NCBI RefSeq assembly: GCF_009914755.1
Contig: NC_060940.1
Length of the DNA stretch: 64,000 nucleotides
Direction: 5' to 3' (one strand)
From: the human T2T-CHM13v2.0 reference genome, Homo sapiens
Shown piece by piece: positions 32,291-46,225 of this stretch; position 1 is the stretch's first letter, and the number at the start of each line of letters is the position of its first letter. The translations under genes were made by a program, and so were the position numbers. The notes beneath the pieces are model-generated. The model saw only the letters and a list, made by a program, of their open reading frames with translations, had not been told where the DNA came from and did no database searches.

Positions 32291-33919
32291 GTCCGTCGTC
32301 TTTTTGACCCAGGCCTGTGTGGCTCACAAAGCAGGCAATTGCAGGGTCATCCCATCAAATCTGAGCATGGCACCAGAGCACACAAGTCAGCCACCTGCGG
32401 GCCTTGGCACCCTCGTGCTCCACGCCAGGGTCCCTGTGTGCTCAAGTCTGGGCTCCATGATGGCACTGGGGTTTGTTCTGTTTGCTGCTTTGTGCGCGTG
32501 AGGCTTTCTCTGGGTGCCTGAACAGATGCCTCCAGTTTCAGTTCTTTCTGTTTGGCCCTCCCCATCCTCTTCTCCTCCAGGGGGGATTCATGGCTCGCCT
32601 CTTGGCTCTTCTGGGCACTTGGCGAGCTTCTGCGCACTTGCGTTAGCTGCTCAGGTCTGTCTGGATGTGAGAGTCGTGTCCTCAGGCCAGGAAGCACTGG
32701 CACGGAGCAGGGCTCGGTCAATGGTCTGGATAATCCAGAGTCACTTACCTTCTGCTGTGCAGTCATTTACAATTCACGCCTGTGTGCCTGATGTCTTGTG
32801 ACTCAGAATCTTCAAGACAATCACAGGCTGGCCTCACGGAGGCACGAGTGACTCATTTCTCTCATCGCACCCATTCCCTCCAGCACTCTCCTTGTGCGGG
32901 GAAACCTCAGTCACCTTGAAGACGCCTCCTGAGGCCCTCTTCTGGGTGAATGGGCTTCCTCCTTCACCATGACAGGCTACTGGGGAGAGCTGGGGTGCTC
33001 CCACCCTCTCCTCACCCCAAATGGGCCTGGCCTAGCAAAACTGGCCAGAACTGGCCACTCTGCAGTGAGCTGGCAGGGCCCTCAGCATCAGATCAACAGG
33101 TTCAACTGCAGCTGCCTCTCTGGTGGGGAGGTTATAAGGCCTGCTGGCTAGACCACTGGCCCCTGGCCAGGGAGCCACCTAGGCAGTGCCAGGGAAGGAC
33201 TGGGAAGGGAAGAGAACCTGCGGTCCCTGAGTGAGGCCTTGACTGCACCCTCTCCTGTGGTTCGAAAGCCACACTTGGCCAGTATCCTGCCATGCAGGTG
33301 AGGAAGCTGGGGAGGACAGGGTCCCAGAGCCTTGTCCAAGTTGCAGAGAGGAGAGCCAGCTCTCACTCTGCAGCCCTCTGTGCCCCCAGACCCCCACTGG
33401 CCCCCGGGGACACATTTCCTGCCCTTGGGATGCTTTGGCATGGATATAGTCTGGGAACAAACGGCACATCCAGCTGCCCTGCCTGTCTCCACAGAGGGGG
33501 CAGCAGACCTAGGGGGAGGTGTCCAAGACACAGGAATGAAGTGTCCTTACCAAAAGCTTCCGAGGACAGAAATAAACCCCTCCTGCCAGCTTCTGCACTG
33601 ACTGCAGCTAGAAGCCGAGCTCCACGTGGGACACAGGTGTCCCTGCTGCGGCATCTCAGCATGACGGAGGCCCATCCTTGGCTTTCCTGGAGCATGAATA
33701 TCCTCTGAGGAGCACTGGCCCTGGCCTTGTAGGTCTTGCTGAGACTGGCTTAGATTTTCTGGCCCAGGAGCAATCGTCACCCAACCTCCCACTTGTAAAT
33801 CTCGCCACAGAATCGGCCCACAACCGTCTCTCCGGAATCTCGGCGGACCAGCCCTGCTCCTGTGTCTCCCTCTCCCGCAGAGCCACTGCCTTCTCAGGCT
33901 CCTCAAGTGCACCTAAGAG

Positions 33920-34485
33920 CGGGAGTCTGGCTGCCCTCAGCACTCGCGTCCCGCCCTGCAGCCTGATAAGCTTGACGCCAAGGCATTCTCCCGAGAGCCG
34001 GCCCAGCAGCTGCTGGCAGGAGAGTGGCCTCAGGGCAGCGGGAAGGGGACCTCCGGGGAGAGAATGAGGCCTGCGCAAGGGTCCTGGAAGGACCCAGGAG
34101 TCGCCCCGGCTTCCCTCCCCCAGGCCCTGGTTGGGCGCCGTGGGCCGCGTCCCAGTTGAGCCCGGCGTGGCCGTTTAATGGCGTCCCTCCGCGACCGAGG
34201 ACGAAGGGGCCTAGAGAGGCTGTGCCCAAGCGACGCTGCGAGGCCAGGCCGCGTCTCGGGCCAGGGCGGTCCCCTTGCCACCGCCGCTCTTGGCCGCCAG
34301 GACCAAGCACAGCACGCAGCGTCGCGAAAGGGGCGGTCCTGGAAGGCGCGAAGGGGTCTCCGGGTCTCGCGAACACGGCGGGGTCGGGGCGGAGTCGTGG
34401 GTCCTCGGTCGAGCGGCCGCCCAGAGCCCCGCGGGACACGGACGGCCCCAGCCCGGCTCCCCGCGAGCCCCACGCGTCTGTGACG
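33920..34485 (+). ncRNA. LINC00235: Region of the lncRNA LINC00235 (position recalled; exact bounds and strand not demonstrable from sequence)
   Basis: Recalled gene order RAB11FIP3-LINC00235-CAPN15; lies at the 5' edge of the CpG island and has no credible ORF. Confidence 0.3.
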
Positions 34486-34541
34486 CCGCTGATGCGCAGA
34501 CGCCGCGGCTGCAGGCCCCGCCCCTCCGTGCCCCTCGCAAG

Positions 34542-34795
34542 GCCCTCTGGGAGTTGTAGTTCCAGCTCCTCCTCGGGCCGCCCCACTCCCTGATAATCCT
34601 GGAGCGCGGCGCCTCCCGGGGACCGAGGCCTCGGGCCCGGCCGTCTCCAGCAGCGAGGGCAGGAGAAGTGGCCCGGGCGGTCGGCGGACTGGGAGGGCGC
34701 CACCCGAGGACTACAACTCCCGGCCTGCCTCGCGCAGGCACCGCCCCGAGCTTCCGCCCCGTCGGCGCCGCGCAGCCCTGTGGGAGCCGTAGTCC
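34542..34795. promoter_or_regulatory. Three ZNF143/THAP11-type ACTACA-TCCCA (SBS) motifs
   Basis: Minus 34542-34562 GAACTACAACTCCCAGAGGGC; plus 34710-34728 ACTACAACTCCCGGCCTGC; minus 34775-34795 GGACTACGGCTCCCACAGGGC. Confidence 0.8.
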
Positions 34796-35106
34796 GGGCG
34801 CGCGATTCACAGCGCCGCGTGCGCCCCGGGCGCGCCGTAGCCGCGGGGCCCGGGCCGGGCGCTACGCTACGAAGGCAGCGTAAGGCGGGCGCCGGACGCG
34901 GGCAGGGGCCGGGGCCGGAGCCGGGTCGGGGCGCCCCGCGGCTGAGGAGCGGGAGGCCGTCCGGGCAGCGCGGCCGGCGGCGAGAGGGGCCCCGCCGCTC
35001 TCCGGAGGCAGAAGTTGTGGATCGGCCGGCGGGGGCGAGCGGGCCCGGGGGCCGGGGCCGCGCTGCCCGGGCCGCGAGGACGAGGCGGCGCCGCCGGGCT
35101 GTGGAG
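34790..35106 (+). other. CAPN15: CAPN15 exon 1 (5' UTR; start approximate)
   Basis: Consensus donor GAG|GTGAGT at 35107 inside the CpG island. Confidence 0.8.
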
Positions 35107-38100
35107 GTGAGTCCCGTCGGCCGGGCCCGGCCGGGCGCCCAGCCGGGGACCCCGGGCGGGGAGCGCGGGCCCGGAGGGCGGCGGGGAGCGCGGGCTCGGC
35201 GGGGCGCAGGAGGCCTCGGGGGCCGGGCGCGCCGGGCTCCGAGCCAGGGCAGGGACGGCAGGGCCCCCGGAGTGGGGTCAGCCCGCCGCCCGCTGGCGCC
35301 TCCAGGCTGGTGGGGGCCAGGGCTGGGCGATGCTTCGCAGAGGAACCCAGAGGAAGGCGGGAAGTCGGCAGGGACCTGGGCCATGTGGGTCACTTGAGGC
35401 CAGCCCCGGGGGCCGCGCACACCGGAGGCGGCCTCGGCCCTGCCTGCCCTTGAGTGCCCTTATATCCGGGCCCATCGTGCGGTCCTGGCCGCCTTAGGGA
35501 TGTTGTGCTTGGTGCGGGCATCACTCCCCTCACTTGGGGAACGGCCTGGGGGCGGCCACCTGGCGTGGAGGGGCTGGCGGGAGCCCCGTCTGTGCCAGCC
35601 ATGCCAGTGTTCTCTTCCGTGTTCCTCTGGGGCTGCTGCGGCACCAGCTGGGAAGTTGCAAATCTGCTGTCCTCCCGCTGGCTGCAGAAGGGGCCCCTCT
35701 AGTCCTGACCGGGGGAACTCTTGTGTGGTCAGCTGGCCCTGGCCGGGCGAGCTCTCGGGGCCCCCTTACTGCTCTGGAGTTTGTTACCGGACTGCAGGTA
35801 ACAAGACCCGGAAAGCAATGGTGAGGCCCAGAACCTGAGGCCAGGCCTGGGTGTGTGGGGCCAGTGGGGAAGACTGGGACTCCGTTGGGTGCTGAAGAGT
35901 TGTGTGCTTCTCCTTCGGGAAACCCGGATCTCTTCCTCTGCCCAGGTCTGAGGGGTGCGGAAACGTGAGTCACAGTTCAGTGTGGGAGTGCCCCGTAATT
36001 GCCTCCGCGTTTCCAGAGTCTGGGGCTGGGCAAGGATATAGGGGTGATTCTCCCTTCCGGTTCTGAGTGACTTCTCAACTGTGAAGTGGGGCAAGAGAAA
36101 TTGTTTTTCTGGCCTGTCTGGGGGAGGCAGGTCCTGCAGGAAACCAGCTTGGCCTGGCCTTGGGTTGGGTGTGCCTTGCCTCCTCCGAGGTCCTTCTGCT
36201 TGCGGGAGGAGCACCCCTCTTTTTCCTGCTTCTGTCTGTGTCTGAGGCTCTCCAGAGCTCCTTGATTGGCAGAGGAGCCAGTGACCTCTGAGTCCCCAGG
36301 AGAGCCCGAGGCTCAGTAACTGCATAACTGCGCAGGGCCTCTTGTCTGGGCCTCCACAGACCGTGGTCTCTGAGAGCAGGAAGTGGCTGGTCCCCTGTAA
36401 TGCTGCATCTGTGTGACAGCCTCAAGCCCTGCTGGCTCTCTCTCCGGGCACCCCTCACTTGCTTCTTGCCCTGGCCTTGGGCAGCACTCCGGTAACCCCA
36501 GTGCCACAGGTGAGGAACCGAAGCTGGAGACAGCTGTTCATGGCAGGGGAGGGGCCGAGGGAGGCTGAGCGCCTGGTCTCTCCCTCCTGCTGGTTCCACC
36601 AGTTCACACGAGGCAATTGGAGGGAAGGATTCTGCTGCCCGGAAAATCCTCCGGAACCACAGGTGTTGTTCATGGGCCTGAGCCGCTCAGTGAAGAACTC
36701 GGCCGTTGGTGGCCGAGTTGCCCCTGGTCCAGCCCTCTGGCCCGCGGTGTGATGCCTCTACTCATGGCAACAGGCGTGGACAGGTGCTGAGAAGGAGGAC
36801 GACATCATTAAACAAAACAGCTTGGGGTCTTTGAAAAACAGTGACAGAAACCCAGGAAGGCTGGTGACTTGTCAGGTCTGTGTCTGTCCTGGGTGGCCAC
36901 TCGGCCCTGGACCGTGAGGCTGAAATGACAGGAGACACGGAGGGTGGGCTTGGGTGGTTTCCTCATAAGACACAGAAGAAGGAGGCCCCCAACCCGGGGG
37001 CTGCCTCGTGCGCTTTGCTCTCCTGTTTTCCTGCTCTGTCCCTCTGGTCCTGCCCTCTGACCCCTGGCACAGCAGGAGTGCCCAGAAGCCCAGTGGGACT
37101 TGTTCTCTGCCTAAAGCCCTTCCGCATCCCTCGTACCCACTCGGTGTGGATGTGGGTTTTCTCACCACCAGGCTGTGCCTCAGCTGTGTGGAGCCACTGG
37201 CCTCTCATGCCCCACGCTGGAGAGAACGCTGAGGTCTGTGCGGTTCTCATGTGACCCTGTAGCTGGTCCCTGGCTCCCCACTGTGGGATCTGCCTGCAGC
37301 ACTTACACTTGGGACCGCCCTGTCTCCCTGCTGGATGTGGCGCCGAGGGCAGGGTCCGTTTCTGTTTCTTGGTAGGCCTAGTGTCTAGCGCTATGCAGCC
37401 GTGCGCAGAGCAGGCGGTCAGTGAGCACCTGGGGTTGGCCCTCACCACAGGCAGTTCTGAATACCTGGGTTCTGGCAGCCCAGGGGGACTCCTGCGTGCT
37501 CCAGGAAAGTAGCACAGCAGCCCCTGTGGCGTGGACACGGCCACACCTGAGCTCGGCCTGTTTCTGAGTCTGAGAGAACAGGCTTGCTGGCCTGTGATCT
37601 TTGCATGTGTGTCTCGCTGCAGGGAGGCTGTGGGTTGGGGCTGGACCTAGACCCGTTCAGCCACACCCTGTCACTATGTGGGTCACACACAGCTGGGTGG
37701 AGACCTCCCGGTGCGTGGCCCAGGGAGGTGTCTGGGCGTGGAGTCTGTGGACAGCCACATTGTACCACTAGGACAGGGGCTGCTGCTGGGCCCACAGGGT
37801 GCACGGAATGGGGTCTGTGGGAGGATGGGGGCATCCTAGCCCAGGGCAGGGACCCCGTGGGCCCCCCAAGATGAGCTGCGTCAGGCTGTTGCTTTGCACA
37901 CTCTGAGGGGCCTGCCTGAGTGCTGCATGGGAAGCCAGCAGTGTGGCCGCCCTCCCCAGAACTCATCCAGGGCACCAGGGTGGACCCATGAGTCCCGTCG
38001 GGTCATGGGCATCAGCCTCGCCATCCTGGCCTCCAGATACAACGATTTGTCAGATTCCCTGAGGTCAAAGGGAAGCTTCAAGGGTTGCCATCCCCGCCTC

Positions 38101-38269
38101 CCTGGCGGTCCTAGACGGGATGTCAGGAGGACGCAGGGCCATCGCTGCTTTTTAAATGTCACAGTGACTGCAGCGTCTGCTCCTCTGTGGAAGGAGCTTG
38201 CTCCGCTAATGAGGGAGTTCCTCCTCATGGCCTTCCCCTCACTTCTCTTCAAAAAGTTGCCCTTTATTT

Positions 38270-38438
38270 TAACATTTTTTAAGTTTTATTTTTTTGAGCC
38301 AGGGTCGTGCTCTGTTGCCCACGCTGGAGTGCAGTTGCAATCATAGCTCGCTGCAGCCTCAAACTCCTGGGCTCAAGTGATCTTCCTGCCTCAGCCTCCC
38401 AAATACTGGGACTACAGGTGGGCGCCACCACACCCAGC
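38270..38438 (-). mobile_element. Alu monomer (FRAM/AluJ arm)
   Basis: Single right-arm-like unit with T-rich tail. Confidence 0.75.
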
Positions 38439-38656
38439 CTCTGCCCTTTGTAAGTGAAGTCCCCCAGGCAGGTTGAACCTCTTACACCTTCTGCCCCTGC
38501 CTGATCCCCACTCCCTACCCCCCACCTCCCTGTCCCCTGTAATGAGAAAGGCAATAAGTTTTGGAGCTTTCTGGAGTTCCTGCCCCTCCTGAAAAGGTGG
38601 CTGCAGAGAGGCTGGAGCTGATGGGGAAAGAGGTGCCACGAGGCCTCCTCTGGGTT

Positions 38657-38878
38657 AGGGCCACACGGCTCCCAAGGCCCCCGTCTCCTTCTCTGGGGTG
38701 ACAGGTGCCCCCAGGGCCACACGGCTCCCAAGGCCTCCGTCTCCCTCTCTGGGGTGACAGGTGCCCCCAGGGCCACACGGCTCCCAAGGCCTCCGTCTCC
38801 TTCTCTGGGATGACAGGTGCCCAGGGCCACACGGCTCCCAAGGCCCCCGTCCCCTTCTCTGGGGTGACAGGTGCCCCC
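38657..38878 (+). repeat. ~56-bp tandem repeat, 4 copies
   Basis: AGGGCCACACGGCTCCCAAGGCC at 38657, 38713, 38769, 38823. Confidence 0.92.
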
Positions 38879-39034
38879 TGTGTCCCAGAGGCTTCTGCTT
38901 GGCCACCAGTGAGGTCACCGGGCTGCCCAGACCAGGGCTGCTTCTGCCACCACATGGCAAGCAGAGAAGTAGAGAAGTGCCAAAAACCACGAGTGCTTGT
39001 CTGGTCCTTTTTTCCTGTTAAAAATAGAAGTCGG

Positions 39035-40369
<1,335 letters not shown>

Positions 40370-41022
40370 CTACACAGGGCCCAGGAAGGACAGGGCGGGA
40401 AGCGTGAGCATCCTGCCCACCGCAGTGGGTCCGCCATGGAGAGCATGACCTTAGAGAAGCAAAGCCGCCTGGCTCGAAGCAGTGGCCGCCCTGCTGACAG
40501 CTGTAGTGGCCGGGTGGCACTCGGGCTGGGGTCCGGGGGAGTCTAGGTGGCCACCTGGCTGTGTGCCTGTGCCTGCCCAAGCTGGGCACCTTTCCCTGGC
40601 AGTGCCTGGGAAGCTCGGCCGCCCTCCCTGGCTGGTGCTGCTCTGCAGCCCCGCTCATGGACTCTTGCCCACGGCCTGCTCCTTGTAGCAGGGTCGGGCC
40701 GTGGGAGGTCCGGACAGGATCTTGAATGGCCCTGTCTGCGGTCCTGGCTGGCCGGAGGTTGACCGCACTGGACAGGTCAAGGGCCTTAAACCAGGGTAGT
40801 GAGGAGCCTGCTGAGCCCCTGCTGCTCCCCGGGCTGCCTTTGGCGCTCGGACAGACACCCAAGGACAGAAGCTCGGACAGCTTCTAAGGCGAAGGGTCTC
40901 CCGGGGCTGATTTCCCGGGACTCTGGCTCCTGCAGAGAGGGCTGGAGGCGGGGCTCTGTGTTCCAGGGTCAGAGTCCTCCTGGTGGAAGCTGAGGTGCCT
41001 GATTAAATGCCTCCCTTTCTAG

Positions 41023-41075
41023 GCAGCAGCCCAGACGCGGCACAGAGAGGGCCTGGGAGCTTGCTGCAGCTTCAG
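41023..41075 (+). other. CAPN15: CAPN15 exon 2 (5' UTR, 53 nt)
   Basis: CCTCCCTTTCTAG acceptor, CAG|GTGAGT donor. Confidence 0.8.
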
Positions 41076-42392
41076 GTGAGTTTGTTCCCAAGCCCTGCGG
41101 CTTGTTTATGGGTTTGCTTGCGCTGCAGAACTGTTTGTGGAGCAGCAGGGTTGGAGTGCCCACGGCTGGGGGGCCTCTCGGAGCCCTTGATTCACAGAAC
41201 CCCTGGAGGCCGGCAGCCCTGCCTGCCCTGAAGAGCCTCGTTCTCCCAGCCGTTTGGGCCGTGGTCCTGTCGTGGGAGGCGACGGTGAGGGCGGCCCGGG
41301 GTCCCGACAGGGGTGTTTGTCCCTTTGGGGACCTCCCCTGTGCTGTGGCCCCGGCCCCCAGATGGAGCTCCCCATCCCCACGGCAGCGCTGGGGCTGGGG
41401 CTGGTGAGGAGCCTGTGCACGGCCCCCGCCGCTATCCTCAGCCAGGAGGGTGCCTGGTCCCTGGGGAGCGGCCTGCACCTGTTTCTGGAGAATGCTGTCC
41501 TGCCAGTTGTCATTTGGGGCGGGCGGTCGGAGTCCACGTCCTCCCCCAGGGCGGGGCCCTGGCCTTGTTTCTTGTAGGGACGATGGGAAGCCCTGTCCTC
41601 AGCCCTCCCACCCGACTCATGCAGGAGCTTCCTGTCCTTGGGGTCATCTCCTCCACAGGGGCCTTAGCGTCAGTGGGGACAAAGGCAGAGTTGCCTGTCT
41701 TCAGGTTGTGGGCACCGACTGAGCTTCGTCCCGGTAGTGGCTGGCTCTTGTTTCCTGCCTGGACCAGCAGCCTCTGGTCTGGTGGGTGCAGTTTTAGGGC
41801 GCAGTGGGGTTGCCGTGGGGCAAGGCCAGGCCACCAGCTGCCTGGACACAGGGGCCCCCGCTTTCCATCTGCTGCCCCCCACACCCCCAGCTCGGGCAGG
41901 GGTGACACCGGGGCATCCTTGTTGGGGTCGCTGTGGTTCCCATGGTGGCAAGATGGCTCTGTGAAAGATTGACGGAGATGTAGGGCCCAGGAGCAGGTGC
42001 TGTGTGAGTGGGACACGCCTGTGTCACCTGCGGGGCAGGGGAGGGCTCGGGGGTACAGCCGTGTACATGATTAGTTAGCGAGACAGTGAGGAGTGTATGC
42101 GGAGTGGACACAGCTGTGGGTGCCGCCCGCGCAAGGCTGGGGGTCGCTGTGCCAGCCCTGCTCCCATGTGGGCTCCCAGCTCCCCAGGTAGGGACGCTGA
42201 CCCCGGGAGGTGCCTTTGCCTGCATCCACTGGAGCCTCAGGAGCATGCGTTCCGTCCCCACGGGTCACCCCCACTGAGCCCACCACCTACCGAGAGGCAC
42301 CTCGAGACCCTGTCCTGCCACGGGTGGGCTGTCAAGGCCAGCACCAGAGACCCCCAGCAGACCTCAGTGGCCGCAGATGGAGCGGGGCGGCA

Positions 42393-42445
42393 ATGGTCAC
42401 CTCCGGGACTCAGCCCTGTGCTGAGCCCCGGGCAGTGTGATCATC
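42393..42445 (+). ncRNA. MIR5587: MIR5587 precursor hairpin
   Basis: 5p ATGGTCACCTCCGGGACT (42393-42410) pairs with 3p GCCCCGGGCAGTGTGATCATC (42425-42445); mature sequences recalled. Confidence 0.8.
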
Positions 42446-43105
42446 CTGGCCCTTCTCGTGCACGTCCCCTGGCTGGATGCTCCTTGCTGCCCTCACGGGG
42501 TGTGTGTGTGGCATACAGGACAGGGACCGGCCAGTTGGCCCTGCTCATTAACCACTTGTCCCCACAGGGCAGTGGCGGCCTCACCTCTGCAATTCTCTGA
42601 GGCTGGATCTAGGCCACCGCCCCGTTTAAAACTAGGGCATCGGCTCCCAGGGAGGGCGGGGAGCTGCACAGTTGGACTTGTGGGGGTCAGGCATGGATCC
42701 ACACAGCCCGGGGCCCTCCGCACCCTGCCCCTCCAGGGAGCCCAGAGGCGGGCGTGGCTGCAGCCTGGCTCTGTGGCAGTCATGAGTCACGGCCACTCTT
42801 GAGGCGCCGCCCTGAGAGTCAGCCCTGTGGTCACGGCTCCTGCTGGTTCCCATTCGCGAGCACCTGAAACAGCCTGGCCCACAGCAGAGGCCCGGGGGGC
42901 ACATGCAGCTCACGGGAGCAGCACAGATGCTTGGCCGGCGGCAGGCCCTACAGGAGCAGCAGCGGCCCAGGGCATGTCCCTGGGGTCAGGGGTCAGAGTT
43001 CGGCATGCTCTGCGGGGGCCTCACCCTGCTGTCCCTCGGCCTGGCCTGGGCACACTCCTTGGTGACAGTGCCCCTGCACGCCCCCCCCCCCCCCCGGTTA
43101 TTCAG

Positions 43106-43219
43106 ACAGGGAGCCAGGATGGGAACCACGGACTGACCTGACCTGCGTCCTCGGGGCCACTGCACTGGGTGATTCACGTGTGCCCAGGCCCTGAGGTGGG
43201 CCGGACCTGGGAGTGGCAG
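43106..43219 (+). other. CAPN15: CAPN15 exon 3 (5' UTR, 114 nt; contains a uORF)
   Basis: C15 tract and TTCAG acceptor, CAG|GTGAGC donor. Confidence 0.8.
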
Positions 43220-43461
43220 GTGAGCGTTCCTCCCAAGAGCCTCTGGCTGGCCGCAGCAGGCCCTGTCCCTGCTGTCCTCAGTGGCCCTGGACATGATAAC
43301 CCCCCTGCCGAGGTCTGGCCGGAGCCAGCACCCACGGCCGAGATGCAGTCAGCCCTGGCTGGGCGCTGTCCCTGGGGGTGGCTGCTGGTGCTGCCCTCCC
43401 TCCTTCCCACCACTTCTTGCTCCTCTTTCCTGGGGCCCTCCCATCGGAGTCTTCCTCCTAA

Positions 43462-43800
<339 letters not shown>

Positions 43801-45329
43801 TGGGAGCCTTTTCCGTAGCTGCTCATCCTGTACTAGCATCTGTCCATCATGAGTGGACGGAACACAGGGGGACCCAGGACCCACAGCTGCACTCGGGAAG
43901 GCCAGCAGGGTGGATTTCGGGAAGAGCATCGGTGCCAGTTTCCCACAGTCACCCTTGCGATGGGACCCTCAGGTTGGCACGTGGCTGGCAGCTGTGTCCC
44001 GGGAGCTCTTGCTCCTTAGTGGGCCTCGCCAGCCAGGGCAGGGCCCCCGGCACCCCTCACGGGGCTCTTGACTCCTCTGGCAGCGGATCGGGGCGGTTCA
44101 GCGATACCATCTCTGGAGATCCCCTGGCGTGTGCTGGAAAAACCCCGGAGAGGGCTTAACAGAGCCAGCTGTCCAGCCTCTGTGACAGGGACGTTTGCTT
44201 TTCTCTGCAGGGTCCTCTCTTCTCTTCCGAGCACCCACGGGAGGGGACTGTGCTGTCCCTGCTCTCCTAGGACAGGCCTCCCTCCTGTCCAGATGGGGCC
44301 CACAGGGTCAGTTGCCTGAGACTGGCTCCAGCTCAAGAAAGGTTTTCTGAGTGAGCGCAGGGGAGCAGGAGGCTGGTGAGCAGCTCGCTTCCTGCCCTGG
44401 GTGCAGCTGGGCACCACTTCTGCCTTGGGCCTAAAGGCATCAGTGAGGAGCAGGCGGGGCCTGGTAGGAGCCTGTGTTTCTAGCGGCACGCGTGACCCCA
44501 GGTGCCACGTGGGTGAGTGCGTGGGTGGGTGAGTGGCGAAGGAGCTGAGGTTGGCCCTGGCAGGTGTGCAGTCCTCACACAGAACGGGCAGGGCTCCTGT
44601 CAGAGCCAAACCAGCTCAGGGCCCAGTGCAAGCAGCTTCTGTCCCGTGGCACCTCCGCTAGTCGCCGCTCCCACCCAAGCCCTGCCCCGCCCTGACCCGC
44701 TCAGGGTTTGGCTACAGAAGGGGAGTGTCGGAAATGCCCAACCCGTCTCCCGTGAGGGACTCCTGCGTGGCCTGGGCTGGGGAACGCAGGGGCCGTTTGG
44801 GTGGTTCCGGCGTCTGGCGTAGCCACGCGAGAGGCCCTGGGTTGATGCGTGGGCTCCCTGCTAGCGAGCCTGCTCCGTGCGTGCTGGGCTCCCGGCCTTG
44901 CTTCCGTGTGGCATTCGAGACCCCGTGGACCTCGCCTGCGTCCTGCATGTTTGAGCGCTGCCCCTTGTGGAGGCCGCCAGCACTGGTGGCTGCAGGGCCT
45001 GTAGTGTGGCACGTCCAGAGACCCGGCCTGGAGAACGGGTCCTGGATGTCTCCGTCATGTTTTACGTTCGCTTCACACGGACGCAGCGATGTCTCAGATA
45101 CCTCGGATCACACAGAGCACGTCGCCAAGGCTTGTTTTGTCTGTTCCTTTCCACCTGTCTTACGTGGATACCAGGAGATCCGCCACGACTCCCGTGGCCC
45201 CGTCCACACTGCGCGGCGCTCTCCGGCGTGGCCGCCAGGTGCCCCTTCGAGGGCAGGTGTGAGTACAGGGTGGTCCCTGTGGAGAAGCGCCTGCAGGCGA
45301 GTGAGCCAGGCTGTGCCCTGCTGACCCCG

Positions 45330-45495
45330 AGGCCTGAATTTCATGGAACTCCCACCTCTCACAGAGTATTGTTTTTTTTTTTGATTTTTTTCCAACCATT
45401 TAAAAATGTAAAAGCCATTGTTGACTTGCGGGCTGGACCAGGCTTAGGGCTGGGCTCTGGTCCGCACCCCACACTGGCCCCGTGTGTCCTGTGAC
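45330..45495 (+). mobile_element. MER58B-like DNA transposon fragment
   Basis: TGAATTTCAT...TTTTGATTTTTTTCCAACCATTTAAAAATGTAAAA matches the recalled MER58B internal segment. Confidence 0.6.
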
Positions 45496-46023
45496 CGTTC
45501 TGCCTACGGGGCAGGCCTGAGCCACCACAGGATGGCAGGGTCTCCAGGGTGCAGGGCCCGCAATGCTTCAACCCTCCCACGACCCCAGCACCTTCAGAGA
45601 AAACGGACCCTCGTGCCGAGTGAAGTGGTTCAGGCGAACGTTATCACCACACGGGGGACTCGGCGGCTTCTGCCCCAGGCCTCAAAGGAGAGGGGATCCA
45701 GAATTCTCTGTCTCACCCCCTCAGCCCCTGCCCTTGAAGCTTCTGTCCCCAAGGCTGTGGGGAGGAACCAGGGAAGGGCTGGCGCGTCTGCTGTGCGATC
45801 CCAGGTGCTCGTGCCTCGCTGAGCTCAGCCCCTGTGGCCTCAGAGCTGCAGGCCCCTCCCGGGTGTCAGAGCACTGACTGGAAAGGCCCCCCACATCCCT
45901 GCCCTCTGCTGCTCCCCATCGTCGCGGGGGAGAAGCTGGAACTGCACCCCCACCCCCCCCAGCCCGCTCACCTAGGGCTGCCCCCAGGCCTCCCTGAGCT
46001 CCAAAGGATATGTTCTTTGGTGC

Positions 46024-46225
46024 TTTTTTTTTTTTTGGCTCTGTCTCCCAGGCTGGAATGCAGCTGTGGTGCTCACGCCATCCTCCCATGTCAGCCTCCT
46101 GAGTAGCTAGGTCTACAGGTGCACACCACCACACCCGGATAGTGTTTAGTTTTCTATAAAGACAGGGTCTCACTGTGTTGCCCAGGCTGGTCTCAAACTC
46201 TTGGGCTCAGGTGATCCCCCACGCA
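46024..46225 (-). mobile_element. Internally deleted AluJ
   Basis: Partial Alu arms. Confidence 0.75.

Larger units (their letters stand above)
33900..35600. promoter_or_regulatory. CAPN15: CpG island / CAPN15 promoter
   Basis: Very high GC and CpG density, GC boxes, ETS core CTTCCG at 34751, TATA-less. Confidence 0.92.

Noticed and set aside
33903-35420. 505-aa antisense ORF over the CAPN15 promoter
   Set aside because: Arg/Pro/Gly/Ala-rich shadow ORF expected from stop-codon depletion in a CpG island
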